Positions 1 to 9,307 of a stretch of 64,000 nt of DNA are shown here, piece after piece. The stretch lies in the IMG/VR virus record IMGVR_UViG_3300048998_000202; one strand, 5' to 3'. The notes beneath the pieces are model-generated. The model ran no database searches. It worked only from the letters and a program-made list of their open reading frames with translations, and was not told the origin of the DNA. Numbering within the stretch: the first letter of the stretch is position 1; each line of letters opens with the position of its first letter. This stretch comes from a virus (Duplodnaviria; Caudoviricetes). The position numbers were made by a program, and so were the translations under genes.

Positions 1-13
1 CCCGAGGGGGCGG

Positions 14-613
14 TCAGAAGGCCAGTTCGTCCCGGATGAAGTCCTTCAGCTCGGCGCCGACCTCCGAGAAGCGGAACCACTCGCCCCGGCCGTACCCCTT
101 GGTCTTGTACTCGCCGTTGGAGTAGAAGACCTCGACGCGGCGCGGGACCACCGCGCAGTGGGGGAACGAGAGGACGAAGATCGAATGGTCCCCGGCCCGG
201 CGGGTGGCGTGGGCCAGGTCCCACTCCACACCCTCCCGCAGGATCATGAGGGCCTCGCAGATCTGCTCCGAGGACTCCTCCTCCACAGGGGTGAGGTCCT
301 CCGTCAAGTCCCCGTTGTGCTCGGGGTTGGTGTCGTCCCGCCTGACCACCACCACGACCAAGCCCTCTCCGCCCAGCAGGGAAGCGCCGATCTTGGCGAA
401 GTACTTGCGGTCCGCACGCCCGTTGATCGTCTCCACGATCGCCGCGAGGTTCCGCTCCACGTGATCGGGCTCCGTGCTCTGGTAGGTGACCTCCACCCGG
501 ACGTCGTAGCCGGTGACGTAGAAGCCGGTGCTCCAGCCCGTGCGGTGCGCCTTCTTGATGTTGGTGCCGGAGATGATCCGGGAGATGGCGGAGGCGGAGA
601 TCTTGACGGTCAT
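14..613 (-). CDS. hypothetical phage protein
   Basis: ORF with GGAGG RBS directly downstream of a repeated promoter motif (654-683). Confidence 0.8.
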   Translation of the reverse strand: MTVKISASAISRIISGTNIKKAHRTGWSTGFYVTGYDVRVEVTYQSTEPDHVERNLAAIVETINGRADRKYFAKIGASLLGGEGLVVVVVRRDDTNPEHNGDLTEDLTPVEEESSEQICEALMILREGVEWDLAHATRRAGDHSIFVLSFPHCAVVPRRVEVFYSNGEYKTKGYGRGEWFRFSEVGAELKDFIRDELAF

Positions 614-653
614 ATGACCCTCCAGAGGAGTCGATGTCGTGCTGACAGAGTCA

Positions 654-683
654 ACACTACACCAGGGATCCTTGGAGAGGAAG
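654..683 (-). promoter_or_regulatory. repeated promoter/operator copy (-10 TAGTGT, 18-bp palindromic spacer, weak -35)
   Basis: minus strand CTTCCT-CTCCAAGGATCCCTGGTG-TAGTGT. Confidence 0.65.
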
Positions 684-718
684 GCGAAGGCCCGGAAGGA
701 AATTAAAATCCTCTTCGA

Positions 719-1312
719 TCACAGATCCAGCTCCGCAGCGCCCTCGAAGACCTCCCGGGCCGGGGCTCCCTTGCGCTGAGCGACGTCCACCCCGCCCACC
801 CTCGGGTACGTCGAAGTGTCCCGGGAAACCAGGAGCGGATGACGCAGCTCCTCAAGCATCGCAGGATCCAGCTCCATGGGGATGGCGTTGAGATTGCTGA
901 ACGTCATCTTCGCGATGCTCGAATCCCAGGGATCTATCGTCTCCAGGTCTCCCTTCCTGATGATCAGACGGGAGATCACCTGACTCCGCAAGTAATCCTC
1001 GATGGCCTTCTCGGAAGATCCCTCGGACACCCGGATATTAATCCGTCCCAAGTTATTTCTGTGAAGCAGAACCTGAGCTTCACAGTTCATCACCTGAAGA
1101 TCCCATGGAGAGATATGCAATTTGACCGGATCCACCGCCATACGAATCTTGAATCCGATCTGGTCCATCACCTCGACCCTTATGGCCCGGTCCAGTTCGG
1201 CCGAGTCTCTGGCAGATCCCTCCGGGACACGCACGACGAGATCCGTCCAGCGATCCGTCATCCCTTGCAGGACTATCCATACGCGGCCTTTCAGGTACTG
1301 ACCCTCGATCAT
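719..1312 (-). CDS. hypothetical protein
   Basis: ORF coupled by ATGA overlap to the upstream gene; somewhat lower GC. Confidence 0.7.
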   Translation of the reverse strand: MIEGQYLKGRVWIVLQGMTDRWTDLVVRVPEGSARDSAELDRAIRVEVMDQIGFKIRMAVDPVKLHISPWDLQVMNCEAQVLLHRNNLGRINIRVSEGSSEKAIEDYLRSQVISRLIIRKGDLETIDPWDSSIAKMTFSNLNAIPMELDPAMLEELRHPLLVSRDTSTYPRVGGVDVAQRKGAPAREVFEGAAELDL

Positions 1313-1851
1313 TTCGTCTTCCCGTTCATGGCGTTCATGTAAGCGGCGGGAAGCACATCGCTCTCTGCGGCACGGATCCTCTCGACCACCGCCAGCTCCT
1401 CCGGGCGCAGTTCGTAGGAGTGCAGGCCCACCTGATGGAGGATCGCGCCAAAGGTCTTGGTGGGCTCGCGGTAGGCGGCCACCTCGTAACGCTCAGCGGC
1501 GTCCCACAAGGCCGCACGGGTGCCGAGCGCCCACCCCTGGACCTTCTCCGCCAGTGAGTACTGGGCGTCGCGGTAGAAGCCGTCCAGGCCCATGTTCTGG
1601 AGGAGCTGCTCCGGCAGGATATCCAGCCGGTCACCGTTCATGATGCTCAGCCAACGATGGGCGGCGTAGATCATGACCACGGCCTCTGCGGGCTCGACCT
1701 CCACCTCCTTGAGACTCTCACTGAGCAGCGAGTACCAGCGCTCCACGTCTCTCTTGGCTATGGCGCCAGGATTGGCCACCCCCTTGATGTCGCGGGACTG
1801 GATCTTCTTCATCAGCGATTCAGGAGTGCGAAAGCTGAGATTAGTGGACAC
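1309..1851 (-). CDS. hypothetical protein, possible N-terminal ribbon-helix-helix DNA-binding domain
   Basis: likely GTG start 1851 (STNLSFRTPESLMKKI...AIAKRDVERWY); promoter-like TTGCGG-N18-TAGTCC at 1920-1949. Confidence 0.55.
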   Translation of the reverse strand: MSTNLSFRTPESLMKKIQSRDIKGVANPGAIAKRDVERWYSLLSESLKEVEVEPAEAVVMIYAAHRWLSIMNGDRLDILPEQLLQNMGLDGFYRDAQYSLAEKVQGWALGTRAALWDAAERYEVAAYREPTKTFGAILHQVGLHSYELRPEELAVVERIRAAESDVLPAAYMNAMNGKTK

Positions 1852-1940
1852 GGATCTCCCTGATTGCTCGTCATCAGAACGCCCAGCACCCCTCAGCAAG
1901 TGGAGAAGCTGAAGGGTGTGGACTATCCCAATCGGTTTTC

Positions 1941-2231
1941 TCACCGCAAGATGCACTTCTTATGCGGGTTGCTGTGGGAGGAGATGTCGGGGTAATACGG
2001 AGAGGTGACGCAGTGGTCATGGGTCTCCATCTCCGTCTCCACCTCCTCCTGAGCCCATTCCCGATGCCGCAGAAGTACCCACTTGTGCAGCGCGTGGACC
2101 AGGTTCCAGTCCTGGGTGTGCTCGTCGGCGATCGAGAGGACCTTCACCACCTGTTCCGGCATCATGTCGCTCAGCGCCTCCCCGATGGCGCTTCCCGAGA
2201 CTTCCAGCTCCAGGTAGAAACTTCCGCTCAC
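1941..2231 (-). CDS. hypothetical protein
   Basis: GTGA overlap with upstream gene. Confidence 0.65.
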   Translation of the reverse strand: MSGSFYLELEVSGSAIGEALSDMMPEQVVKVLSIADEHTQDWNLVHALHKWVLLRHREWAQEEVETEMETHDHCVTSPYYPDISSHSNPHKKCILR

Positions 2232-2776
2232 TGCTTCCACTCCTTGTCCAGCACCGCCCGGTCGTTGCCGTGGTGGTCGTAGATCGACTTGGCCACCGTG
2301 ATGATGGCCTTCTCATACGTGTCGCCGCCGGTATCCCGCAGGTAGTCGTGCAGGCTGACGTTGTGCTCGGGCTTGATCGAGCGGGGGAAGACCTCCACCC
2401 AGAACTCCAGTTTGGTGTTCTTGGTGTCGTCCTCCGAGATGCGCGCCGTCTTCGGATTGACCTTGACCGGCTTGACTTCGACACAACTGTCCAAGATCCC
2501 CCGGTCATCCGTCAGGGATCTCTCGTGGAGTTCTCTGTGGCATCGGTAGAAGATCGGGTGCTCGTTGAGCCAGCGCCAGGCGCAGTAAAAGTCGGTGAGA
2601 TCCTCCTCATAGGCCAGGACCAGACGGCGCCAGCGATCCTCCCGGTTGGACTGGAGCGTCCGGTACAGGTTCTCCCCCGTCAAGACGCCCTCCATCCCCT
2701 CGGGCACATGGGCGTCACCCTCACAGGGGATCTCCACCCAGGCAATGGGCTTCTTCGGGCTGGGCGGTTCACCCAT
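2228..2776 (-). CDS. hypothetical protein
   Basis: ORF with GGAG RBS, phage-like codon use. Confidence 0.75.
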   Translation of the reverse strand: MGEPPSPKKPIAWVEIPCEGDAHVPEGMEGVLTGENLYRTLQSNREDRWRRLVLAYEEDLTDFYCAWRWLNEHPIFYRCHRELHERSLTDDRGILDSCVEVKPVKVNPKTARISEDDTKNTKLEFWVEVFPRSIKPEHNVSLHDYLRDTGGDTYEKAIITVAKSIYDHHGNDRAVLDKEWKQ

Positions 2777-3098
2777 GGTCCTGCTCCTTCATCTCATCGG
2801 CTGAGGTCCAGCCGTTGGGCATCGCGGTGAAACTGCCCTCGATGTATCGGGCGAGACTGCGAATCTTGTCCGGCGTGCATCCTGGGTCGGAGTACCGGCG
2901 GGAATCCTTCAGCTCCCTGCGGCGGCCGGAGGCCGAGCCGGTGGTGAGGGCCTCTACCGCGATGCGGGCCATGGACTGGAGGTACTCGTCGTCCATGGGC
3001 GCGCCGAGGTACCGCTGGTGGTGATGGAGCCGCATAGCCCGTAAGACCAGGGTCTCCAGGTCGGTCAGTCTCTTCGGTCGGGACCGTCCTTCGGGCAT
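2769..3098 (-). CDS. hypothetical protein
   Basis: ORF preceded by CCCGCCAGAGATCC leader motif and GGAG. Confidence 0.65.
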   Translation of the reverse strand: MPEGRSRPKRLTDLETLVLRAMRLHHHQRYLGAPMDDEYLQSMARIAVEALTTGSASGRRRELKDSRRYSDPGCTPDKIRSLARYIEGSFTAMPNGWTSADEMKEQDHG

Positions 3099-3313
3099 AT
3101 CGGGGGCTCCAATGCTATGGATCTCTGGCGGGAGATGATCTCAATGGTGGCGCAGAACGCGTACCCGCACTCCGGGCACGGGATCGCACCCTCGTCGTAA
3201 TCCTGGGGATCACCGACTGGGGTGTGCACTCGGGAGACCTCGTCCAGTGCCGTCCACAGTGCGTCCAACTGCTCGTCGTTGATGGTGCTGGCCGTCGGAC
3301 GCTTTTCGGGCAT
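3065..3313 (-). CDS. small hypothetical protein with CxxC
   Basis: TASTINDEQLDAL N-terminus and CPECG; abuts upstream stop. Confidence 0.65.
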   Translation of the reverse strand: MPEKRPTASTINDEQLDALWTALDEVSRVHTPVGDPQDYDEGAIPCPECGYAFCATIEIISRQRSIALEPPICPKDGPDRRD

Positions 3314-4018
3314 TCAGACCTCCCAGTGGGCCTTGCGGAGCTGGACCAGCCAGTCGTTCACGATCCCGAAATCCGGCTGGTCGGGCAAGGCCGTCTTGGC
3401 GTCGTCGAACCGCTTGCGGGCGTCGTCCATGAACTGCGTGGCCGTACGCACAGTGTCCTCGGCCGGAGTATCGGACAGGGCGGCCTCGGCGGCCACCTGA
3501 CGGCCGAACTCGTGGATGGCCTCGGGATCCTCCACCCGGATCTGGAGAGTGCCGGAGGAGTACAGGTCGAGCCCCTGCTCCACCAGACGCCGCAGATGCC
3601 GGGCATGCTTCTCCGTACGGTTGCGTAGGTCGGGTCCGAACGTCCCTCCCCGGCGCTCCAGTTCCCGGAACTGCTGGGTCGCATAACCCAGGTAGGCGTC
3701 CCGGACGCGATGGGCAGACAGGAACGCGGTACGCATGGCGATCAGGCTGCTGCCCCACTTGAAGTCCATGACCTCGTAGGAATCCAGCCACAGCATCTCG
3801 TTGACCGAGGGGTTCCCGTTGAGGACCAGCCGGACGAACTTGGCGATCTCGTGCTTGGTAACGTCCGGATCGTTGGTGACGATCGAGTCCTTCGGCGGGC
3901 GCAGGCTGACGATCTTCTCCGTGGGCGCGGCGAAGATGGCCATACGGTCCACGTCGGAATCCGGCGTGTGCAGGCCGTAGGCGGTCGATCCGACGATCCC
4001 CTGCAACAGAGTCTTCAC
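3314..4018 (-). CDS. Pol-beta superfamily nucleotidyltransferase (RlaP/YcgL-like)
   Basis: GIVGSTAYGLHTPDSDVD motif, NGNP, KHARHLRRL. Confidence 0.85.
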   Translation of the reverse strand: MKTLLQGIVGSTAYGLHTPDSDVDRMAIFAAPTEKIVSLRPPKDSIVTNDPDVTKHEIAKFVRLVLNGNPSVNEMLWLDSYEVMDFKWGSSLIAMRTAFLSAHRVRDAYLGYATQQFRELERRGGTFGPDLRNRTEKHARHLRRLVEQGLDLYSSGTLQIRVEDPEAIHEFGRQVAAEAALSDTPAEDTVRTATQFMDDARKRFDDAKTALPDQPDFGIVNDWLVQLRKAHWEV

Positions 4019-4389
4019 ATGCCCTCCTGGGCGGTCTTGGCGGCCTCTTCGGCAGCGCGGGCTTCCTGGCGGGCGATCATGCGGATCAGGCGCTTCTGCC
4101 AGTGTTTGGCCTTGCTCTTGGCCAATCGGTCGGCCAGCGGCAGGGCTATCTCCAGCGGCATCCTGCTGGCCTTCAGGAACTTGTCCGTACGGCTGGAATT
4201 GCTGCGCTCATAGGCCCAGCGACGGCCCTTGGGCTGGTAGCAGTACCCCATGTCCGAGATGGCCCAGGAATCCTGCCCGAGCCGTCCCCTGGACACCACC
4301 CGGATGTCCCGGTACTCGTGCTCAGTGTCGATCCACGGGAAGGAGTACTCGGTCACATTGGCCTGGTACTTCTCGGTGGTCTCACTCAC
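4015..4389 (-). CDS. hypothetical protein
   Basis: likely GTG start 4389 by GTGA overlap; WAYERSNSSRTDKF motif. Confidence 0.7.
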   Translation of the reverse strand: MSETTEKYQANVTEYSFPWIDTEHEYRDIRVVSRGRLGQDSWAISDMGYCYQPKGRRWAYERSNSSRTDKFLKASRMPLEIALPLADRLAKSKAKHWQKRLIRMIARQEARAAEEAAKTAQEGM

Positions 4390-5321
4390 GGGATCCGCAG
4401 GCCCTTCTCGATACGCTCGACGTCCTGATTCATCAGGTCGAGCAGAGAGATCTCGTGGCCGAAACGCCAGGGCCGCAGGGTCTTGGGGTCGATCGGCTTG
4501 TTCCACGTCTGGGCCTTCAGTCCCTTGACCGACAGGGACCACTGCTTCTCGAAGGACTGGTAGTCCCAATCCTCCGAGCGGCTCGCGCGTTCCTTCTGCT
4601 GAGCTTCGGTCAGCTCATCCCAGCGCCGAGGAACACCGTCGGGCCACGGCGGCATCCAAGATCCGATGGTGCTGTTCGGGAAGGAGTCACTGCCGGAGAA
4701 GGACATCACCACGGGCCCCTGGTTCTCCTCACGGAGCCGTGCGGCCAGTTCGACCCAGCCCTGGGAGACGAAGACTTCCTGAGCCGCTTCCGGGACGACT
4801 TGGCCGCTCATCCGGGCGAGGTCGTGCAGGGGGTTCCTGTTCCGGAAGTAGCCCTTGCGGAACAGTCCTTCCTCCAGTCCCTCGTCGATCAGATCGGCGA
4901 ACCACCTGCGGTGAAAGCCCATGAAGTAGCCGTAGTGCTCACAGGTGCAATGGATCTTCACACCGAGTCGCAGGGGATCGGATCCGGCGGCCAGCACGGT
5001 GTTCCAGATCAGCGAGGACATCTGGATCTCCTGGCCCTTCCAGGCGAAGACGGCCTGACCGGTACGGAAGCTCATGGCCGTCACGCCGTACGCCAGGGCT
5101 TCATCCCAGCCCTTGGTGCCCGAAGGAATGCCCGCCAAGGGCCCCTCGGGATTGACGAACGGCCCGAGACGATCCCCCAGATTGGAGGCGATGATCCCCG
5201 GCATCACGCCGATCAGTCCCTTGGCGAAGTCCTCGGCGAGGATCCCGAAGTGGGCCCGCTCCGATCCGGAGACCTGGAGGGTGTACCCGTCAGGAGGGAA
5301 GTGGAACTGGATCGAGCTCAT
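4386..5321 (-). CDS. hypothetical protein
   Basis: 311-aa ORF, GAGGAG RBS with leader motif. Confidence 0.8.
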   Translation of the reverse strand: MSSIQFHFPPDGYTLQVSGSERAHFGILAEDFAKGLIGVMPGIIASNLGDRLGPFVNPEGPLAGIPSGTKGWDEALAYGVTAMSFRTGQAVFAWKGQEIQMSSLIWNTVLAAGSDPLRLGVKIHCTCEHYGYFMGFHRRWFADLIDEGLEEGLFRKGYFRNRNPLHDLARMSGQVVPEAAQEVFVSQGWVELAARLREENQGPVVMSFSGSDSFPNSTIGSWMPPWPDGVPRRWDELTEAQQKERASRSEDWDYQSFEKQWSLSVKGLKAQTWNKPIDPKTLRPWRFGHEISLLDLMNQDVERIEKGLRIP

Positions 5322-5391
5322 CGGACGAGGACTCCTCGGGATCTCTGGCGGGACGGGCGATGCTATCAGTGGTGTAGTACAGCGTCGACAA

Positions 5392-5685
5392 CTACCCCTC
5401 CGCAGCGGGCGGCAGGGACATGGAGTGGGTCTCCTCGGGGTCGTACGCGAGGAACTCCTTGGTGGCCACGTACGGCCTCACCGGACGCTCAGGGCGGTCC
5501 TGGATGGGCGGGACCGGGTACATGGCCCTGACGGGGTACGAGGGATTCTCCGGGGGCATCGGGAGGTACAGCGATGCGCCGGGGTCCTCGGGAGTTATAC
5601 CGGGCCACCGGCCATTTCTCTCCTCCAGCAGCGCCTGAAAGATCGGGGTGTCGCTGTACTGCCTGGGATCAACTCGGGTCGTCAT
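5392..5685 (-). CDS. proline-rich hypothetical protein
   Basis: ATG 5685 with AAGGA RBS. Confidence 0.55.
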   Translation of the reverse strand: MTTRVDPRQYSDTPIFQALLEERNGRWPGITPEDPGASLYLPMPPENPSYPVRAMYPVPPIQDRPERPVRPYVATKEFLAYDPEETHSMSLPPAAEG

Positions 5686-6190
5686 CGGGTTCCTTCCAGA
5701 GAGTGAAATTGGGCTCGGTCTCATCAAAGCTGCCGTCGTAGTACACGCTCACCAGGAGCGGGCTGACAATCAGGGTGCCATCGGGAATGCCGTGCAAGAT
5801 GGTCTCGGGTTCGACGTCGCCCTCCGTCAGGACGTGGGTGAACCAGCACTCCTCGGCGCGGTGGCCGTAGCCGTCGCCGTAGTAGATGTGCTCGTCCTTC
5901 CACTCCTCGACGTCTTCCTCCCAGGCGAGGAACGCCTGGCGATAGTCCTCGGGCAGCTCGTTGTCAAACTTGTAGCCCTCGGGGAGTTTCGGCTCGACGG
6001 GATACGGACGACAGCCCCACTTGGCCACATCCTTCTCGGTGCCGGAGCACTCCTCGATCACCCCGCAATCGCGGGCCTCACCGGGGTAGGGACACTTCAC
6101 CGACCACTGGACGCTGTTGTAGCGGCCATACGCCTGCACCGAGGCGATGAGCTGGTGGGGCTTCTCGTTGCGGTCCGACTCGGTGCTCAT
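5669..6190 (-). CDS. hypothetical protein
   Basis: ATGA overlap start at 6190. Confidence 0.7.
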   Translation of the reverse strand: MSTESDRNEKPHQLIASVQAYGRYNSVQWSVKCPYPGEARDCGVIEECSGTEKDVAKWGCRPYPVEPKLPEGYKFDNELPEDYRQAFLAWEEDVEEWKDEHIYYGDGYGHRAEECWFTHVLTEGDVEPETILHGIPDGTLIVSPLLVSVYYDGSFDETEPNFTLWKEPDDDPS

Positions 6191-6870
6191 CCGTGGATAC
6201 CTTCCGGGGCCCACACCACGTGATAGGTGCGGCGGTCCAACTCGTAATTGATCATGAGGTCCGAGGCGGTGACTCCTCGGGTGCTACTGACCCAGTAGTC
6301 CTCATCCGTCCGGATCCACACCGTAGGTTCAGCGGCGTTCAGGTTCCGGCACGCCACCACGCTGCCGAGGGGCAACTTCTTGCTACGGCGGACCCCTCCG
6401 TGGAGGGCGCTACGGATGAACTGGGCCCGTCTCTCCTGGACGTGCAGACACACCTCGACGTCACAGAAGGGCGTCCACGGGGCGCCGGTACGCATCCATC
6501 CGAAGTGGTGCCGGATGGCGGCCACGGCGCCGCCAGAGGCGTTTCCGGGGTACAGGATGATGTCGCCGAGCTCCATCTTCACCTCGGAGGGCAGCTCCAG
6601 CGTGGTGACCCAGGCGCCCGGGTCGTAGGGGATGCTGTGCACGGAGGAGCTCTCCAGTTTCCGCAGTAAGATCCGGCGGCCGTTACGGCGGGCGTCGTAC
6701 TGGGCGCGCAGGAGCACGCAGGCCCCGGCGGGCAGCATCAGGACGCTGCCCTCGACCAGGGCGTCCATCTTGACGTTGACCGTGGCCCCGATGCTGCGCA
6801 GGACTTTGGCCCTCTGGGACGGAAGTATCCCGCTCGTGGTGACCGAGGGTTTTCCGATGACAGCGTTCAC
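6187..6870 (-). CDS. hypothetical protein
   Basis: ORF; start uncertain (GTG 6870 or later ATG). Confidence 0.6.
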   Translation of the reverse strand: MNAVIGKPSVTTSGILPSQRAKVLRSIGATVNVKMDALVEGSVLMLPAGACVLLRAQYDARRNGRRILLRKLESSSVHSIPYDPGAWVTTLELPSEVKMELGDIILYPGNASGGAVAAIRHHFGWMRTGAPWTPFCDVEVCLHVQERRAQFIRSALHGGVRRSKKLPLGSVVACRNLNAAEPTVWIRTDEDYWVSSTRGVTASDLMINYELDRRTYHVVWAPEGIHG

Positions 6871-7008
6871 TTCAGGGATCCCCTGTTCAGTCGAAGATTT
6901 TAAAAAGAGCTTCGAGCAGACCGCCGACCAGGTCCCCCACCACGTCGCTCCAGTCACCATCGCCCCGGCGGTGGGCACGCTTCTTACGCCAGGCCAGGTA
7001 CCGCGCCT

Positions 7009-7329
7009 TCACACCGAGGCCAGGAGGGGACGGGCGATGTCCTGGAGGACGGAGATGATCTCGTCGGCGTACAAGGCGAACTCCACATCACTGGGGAAAT
7101 CCGAGGGGTTGGAGTAGACGTGCTGCGCCGTCTCCATCATGACCAGGAGCAGCGACGCAGCGTGTTCCGGCTTGAGCAGGTCCGCGTGCTCTCCACGGGA
7201 GACACGCTCAGCCCAGTCCCAGACGAGCAGGGACAGCGGGGGTTGCACGAGCACGTGGACCGCGATCTCCTGGACCGCGTGAGCGATCGGGTCGAGCAGT
7301 CGGTCCGGCAATCCGTACGCAGGGCACAT
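7009..7329 (-). CDS. hypothetical protein
   Basis: GGAGG RBS, downstream of promoter 7367-7396. Confidence 0.7.
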   Translation of the reverse strand: MCPAYGLPDRLLDPIAHAVQEIAVHVLVQPPLSLLVWDWAERVSRGEHADLLKPEHAASLLLVMMETAQHVYSNPSDFPSDVEFALYADEIISVLQDIARPLLASV

Positions 7330-7366
7330 GGGCACCTCCGGGAGAGTCTCTGGCGGGACTCTCCCG

Positions 7367-7396
7367 AAGCTACTCCAAGAATTGTTGGAGTGTCAA
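7367..7396 (-). promoter_or_regulatory. promoter/operator copy
   Basis: TTGACA-CTCCAACAATTCTTGGAG-TAGCTT. Confidence 0.8.
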
Positions 7397-7740
7397 GAGG
7401 CGATCGGCGTGGAGGCGGGCAGATCCTCCGCCTTGCGCTGCTCGTACGCTACGAATTCGGCGATGCACACCTGAGCCAGGGCATTCAGGCGCTGCGCCCA
7501 GGCGCGGCCCTCCTCGCTCACTTCCTTGTCCTCCCTGACCATCGCGGTGATCCGGAGCAGGATGTCGGTCTCCTCCTCGCCGAGGGCGATGGCCAGCCAC
7601 CGCTGGGACTCGCCCGCGTCGCTGGAACCGAACTTCGGGCTGTCGGGGGTGATCTCGGGGACGAAGCCGTTCATGGCCTCGTCCCGGTCTCCCCGCAGAG
7701 GAACGATGAACATGTGAGGATATGTGGGCTCGGTCATCAA
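7393..7740 (-). CDS. hypothetical protein
   Basis: ORF in operon context. Confidence 0.7.
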   Translation of the reverse strand: MMTEPTYPHMFIVPLRGDRDEAMNGFVPEITPDSPKFGSSDAGESQRWLAIALGEEETDILLRITAMVREDKEVSEEGRAWAQRLNALAQVCIAEFVAYEQRKAEDLPASTPIAS

Positions 7741-7745
7741 GAGTC

Positions 7746-8117
7746 CTATCGGGTCTGGTAGTTGACGAAACCGTGGTCGCCGTCGTGGTTGAGCGGCAGG
7801 TTGCAGTATTCCGTTCGGCAGCGCGTCCCGGCACCGGTCGAGCCCAGGCCCTGGAGGAGCCGGATCGCCACGTCCACGGTGCTCTCCTTGTCCACCGTGT
7901 TGGTGCGGCTCATCTCGCCGGGGAACGCGGTCATCAGGAAGCTGTGCAGCCGATTGACCTCCGCAGCATGCGGGTTCCGCAGCGCCTCTCCCGGGTCGGT
8001 GATCGGAGCGCCGTGGGTCATGACACCGGGGACGAGTGCCGAAGACTCGGTGCTGGTGTCGGCGGTGACTCCACTGACGGCCTGTATGGGCACCTGATGG
8101 CCCAAGGGGGTGGTCAT
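7746..8117 (-). CDS. hypothetical protein with C-terminal Cys/His motif
   Basis: ATGA-coupled start 8117; CxxxxCxLPxNHDGDH. Confidence 0.7.
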   Translation of the reverse strand: MTTPLGHQVPIQAVSGVTADTSTESSALVPGVMTHGAPITDPGEALRNPHAAEVNRLHSFLMTAFPGEMSRTNTVDKESTVDVAIRLLQGLGSTGAGTRCRTEYCNLPLNHDGDHGFVNYQTR

Positions 8118-8329
8118 GCGCTCTGGTCCTTCCGTTGGTCGTTCTCGGCTGTCTCCTGGGCCTTCTGGGCCTCTTCCCACGCTTCTCTGCGCTGGAGGGA
8201 GGCGGCCACGGAGTTGGATGCGCAAGGGCCCCGGTGGATATCGGACAACTCGCATCCGTAGGCCATGTAGACGCTCCAGACCGGCTCTCGACAGGTCCTC
8301 TCCGGCCACTGCACGCGCTCGATCATCAT
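8114..8329 (-). CDS. small hypothetical protein (Cys/His motif)
   Basis: AGGAG RBS; CELSDIHRGPC. Confidence 0.65.
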   Translation of the reverse strand: MMIERVQWPERTCREPVWSVYMAYGCELSDIHRGPCASNSVAASLQRREAWEEAQKAQETAENDQRKDQSA

Positions 8330-8372
8330 CGCTTCTGCTCCTACGTACGCACTCGCCCTCGACTCAACGAGT

Positions 8373-8402
8373 CAGGGCCCGTACCAAAAGGTACGGGCCC
8401 TG
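8373..8402. terminator. GC-rich hairpin, probable intrinsic terminator
   Basis: CAGGGCCCGTACC-AAAA-GGTACGGGCCCTG perfect inverted repeat. Confidence 0.7.
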
Positions 8403-8427
8403 ACAGCGTCGGGGAAGTGAGAGGTGG

Positions 8428-8661
8428 TCAGGCGGCATCGGCACCGATGTACTTCCGGACTCCCCATCCGCAAGAGGGGCACTCGGCAACGGCGGTCTCG
8501 GAGTCGACCTCGGAGAAGTACATGTCGCCGACGTAGTCGCAGGTGCGGCACTCGCCCTCGGCCTCGAAGAGATCCGCACCGAAAGAGCCGACGGCCGTGC
8601 GGGACGCCACGGTCGCCGCGAGGGCGATGGTCTGCGGGTTCTTGCTGATGTAGATCGCCAT
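8428..8661 (-). CDS. small zinc-ribbon protein
   Basis: CRTC...CPSC; GGAGG RBS; own promoter. Confidence 0.75.
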   Translation of the reverse strand: MAIYISKNPQTIALAATVASRTAVGSFGADLFEAEGECRTCDYVGDMYFSEVDSETAVAECPSCGWGVRKYIGADAA

Positions 8662-8701
8662 GATGGCCTCCAGAGGAGTCGGTGTTGCCCTGACAGAGTC
8701 A

Positions 8702-8731
8702 AGACTACTCCAACAATCCTTGGAGGGTCAA
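8702..8731 (-). promoter_or_regulatory. promoter/operator copy
   Basis: TTGACC-CTCCAAGGATTGTTGGAG-TAGTCT. Confidence 0.8.
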
Positions 8732-8738
8732 TGGTCAA

Positions 8739-8933
8739 TCAGTTCTTCCTGCGGGCCTTCTTGACGGCCTTGTCGGTGGCACGGCCCCCGACCTCGCCCT
8801 CGGCGCGATCGATGCCCCGGCAACGCCATCCCTCGTGCGTGGAGTCCGGAAGATTCCAGTCGTGGGCGGCGTGCTCTCCAGTGCTGGCGCAGTAGGCCAC
8901 GACGCGGGGCCGCTTCTCGTTCTTCTCCAGCAC
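8739..8933 (-). CDS. small hypothetical protein
   Basis: GAGGAG RBS; C..H..H..W...C motif. Confidence 0.6.
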   Translation of the reverse strand: MLEKNEKRPRVVAYCASTGEHAAHDWNLPDSTHEGWRCRGIDRAEGEVGGRATDKAVKKARRKN

Positions 8934-8943
8934 CGGGTTCTCC

Positions 8944-9234
8944 TCAGACGTGCTTCGGGTGGCGGAACAGGACGAGCTGCCCCCGGCCCTCCGCCAGGGC
9001 CATCAGGTCCAGTTTGTTGCGGCACGGCTGGCAGTCCACATAGGTGAACTCGATCTGACGCGAGCACCACTGGTACTCGTGCCCGGCCGGGATGGCCGCA
9101 TCGCACAGGGGCTGGAGGTCGATCTCTCGGCCCACGAGGACCGGTTTGATCGCGTGGACCTCCGGGAAGGTCGCGTTGGGCTTGTCCGGGTGAGCGAAGT
9201 AACCGGTCTGCAAGTCGGCGAGGTTGAGGGACAT
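8944..9234 (-). CDS. hypothetical protein
   Basis: ATG 9234 with GGAGG and leader motif. Confidence 0.7.
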   Translation of the reverse strand: MSLNLADLQTGYFAHPDKPNATFPEVHAIKPVLVGREIDLQPLCDAAIPAGHEYQWCSRQIEFTYVDCQPCRNKLDLMALAEGRGQLVLFRHPKHV

Positions 9235-9276
9235 GACGGCCTCCGGGCGGGATCTCTGGCGGATGTTCAAACGTCC

Positions 9277-9301
9277 CGGGGAGGGCCCGAAAGCCCTCCC
9301 C
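9277..9301. terminator. hairpin terminator
   Basis: GGGGAGGGC-CCGAAA-GCCCTCCCC just past the 9308 stop. Confidence 0.55.
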
Positions 9302-9307
9302 GTCGGG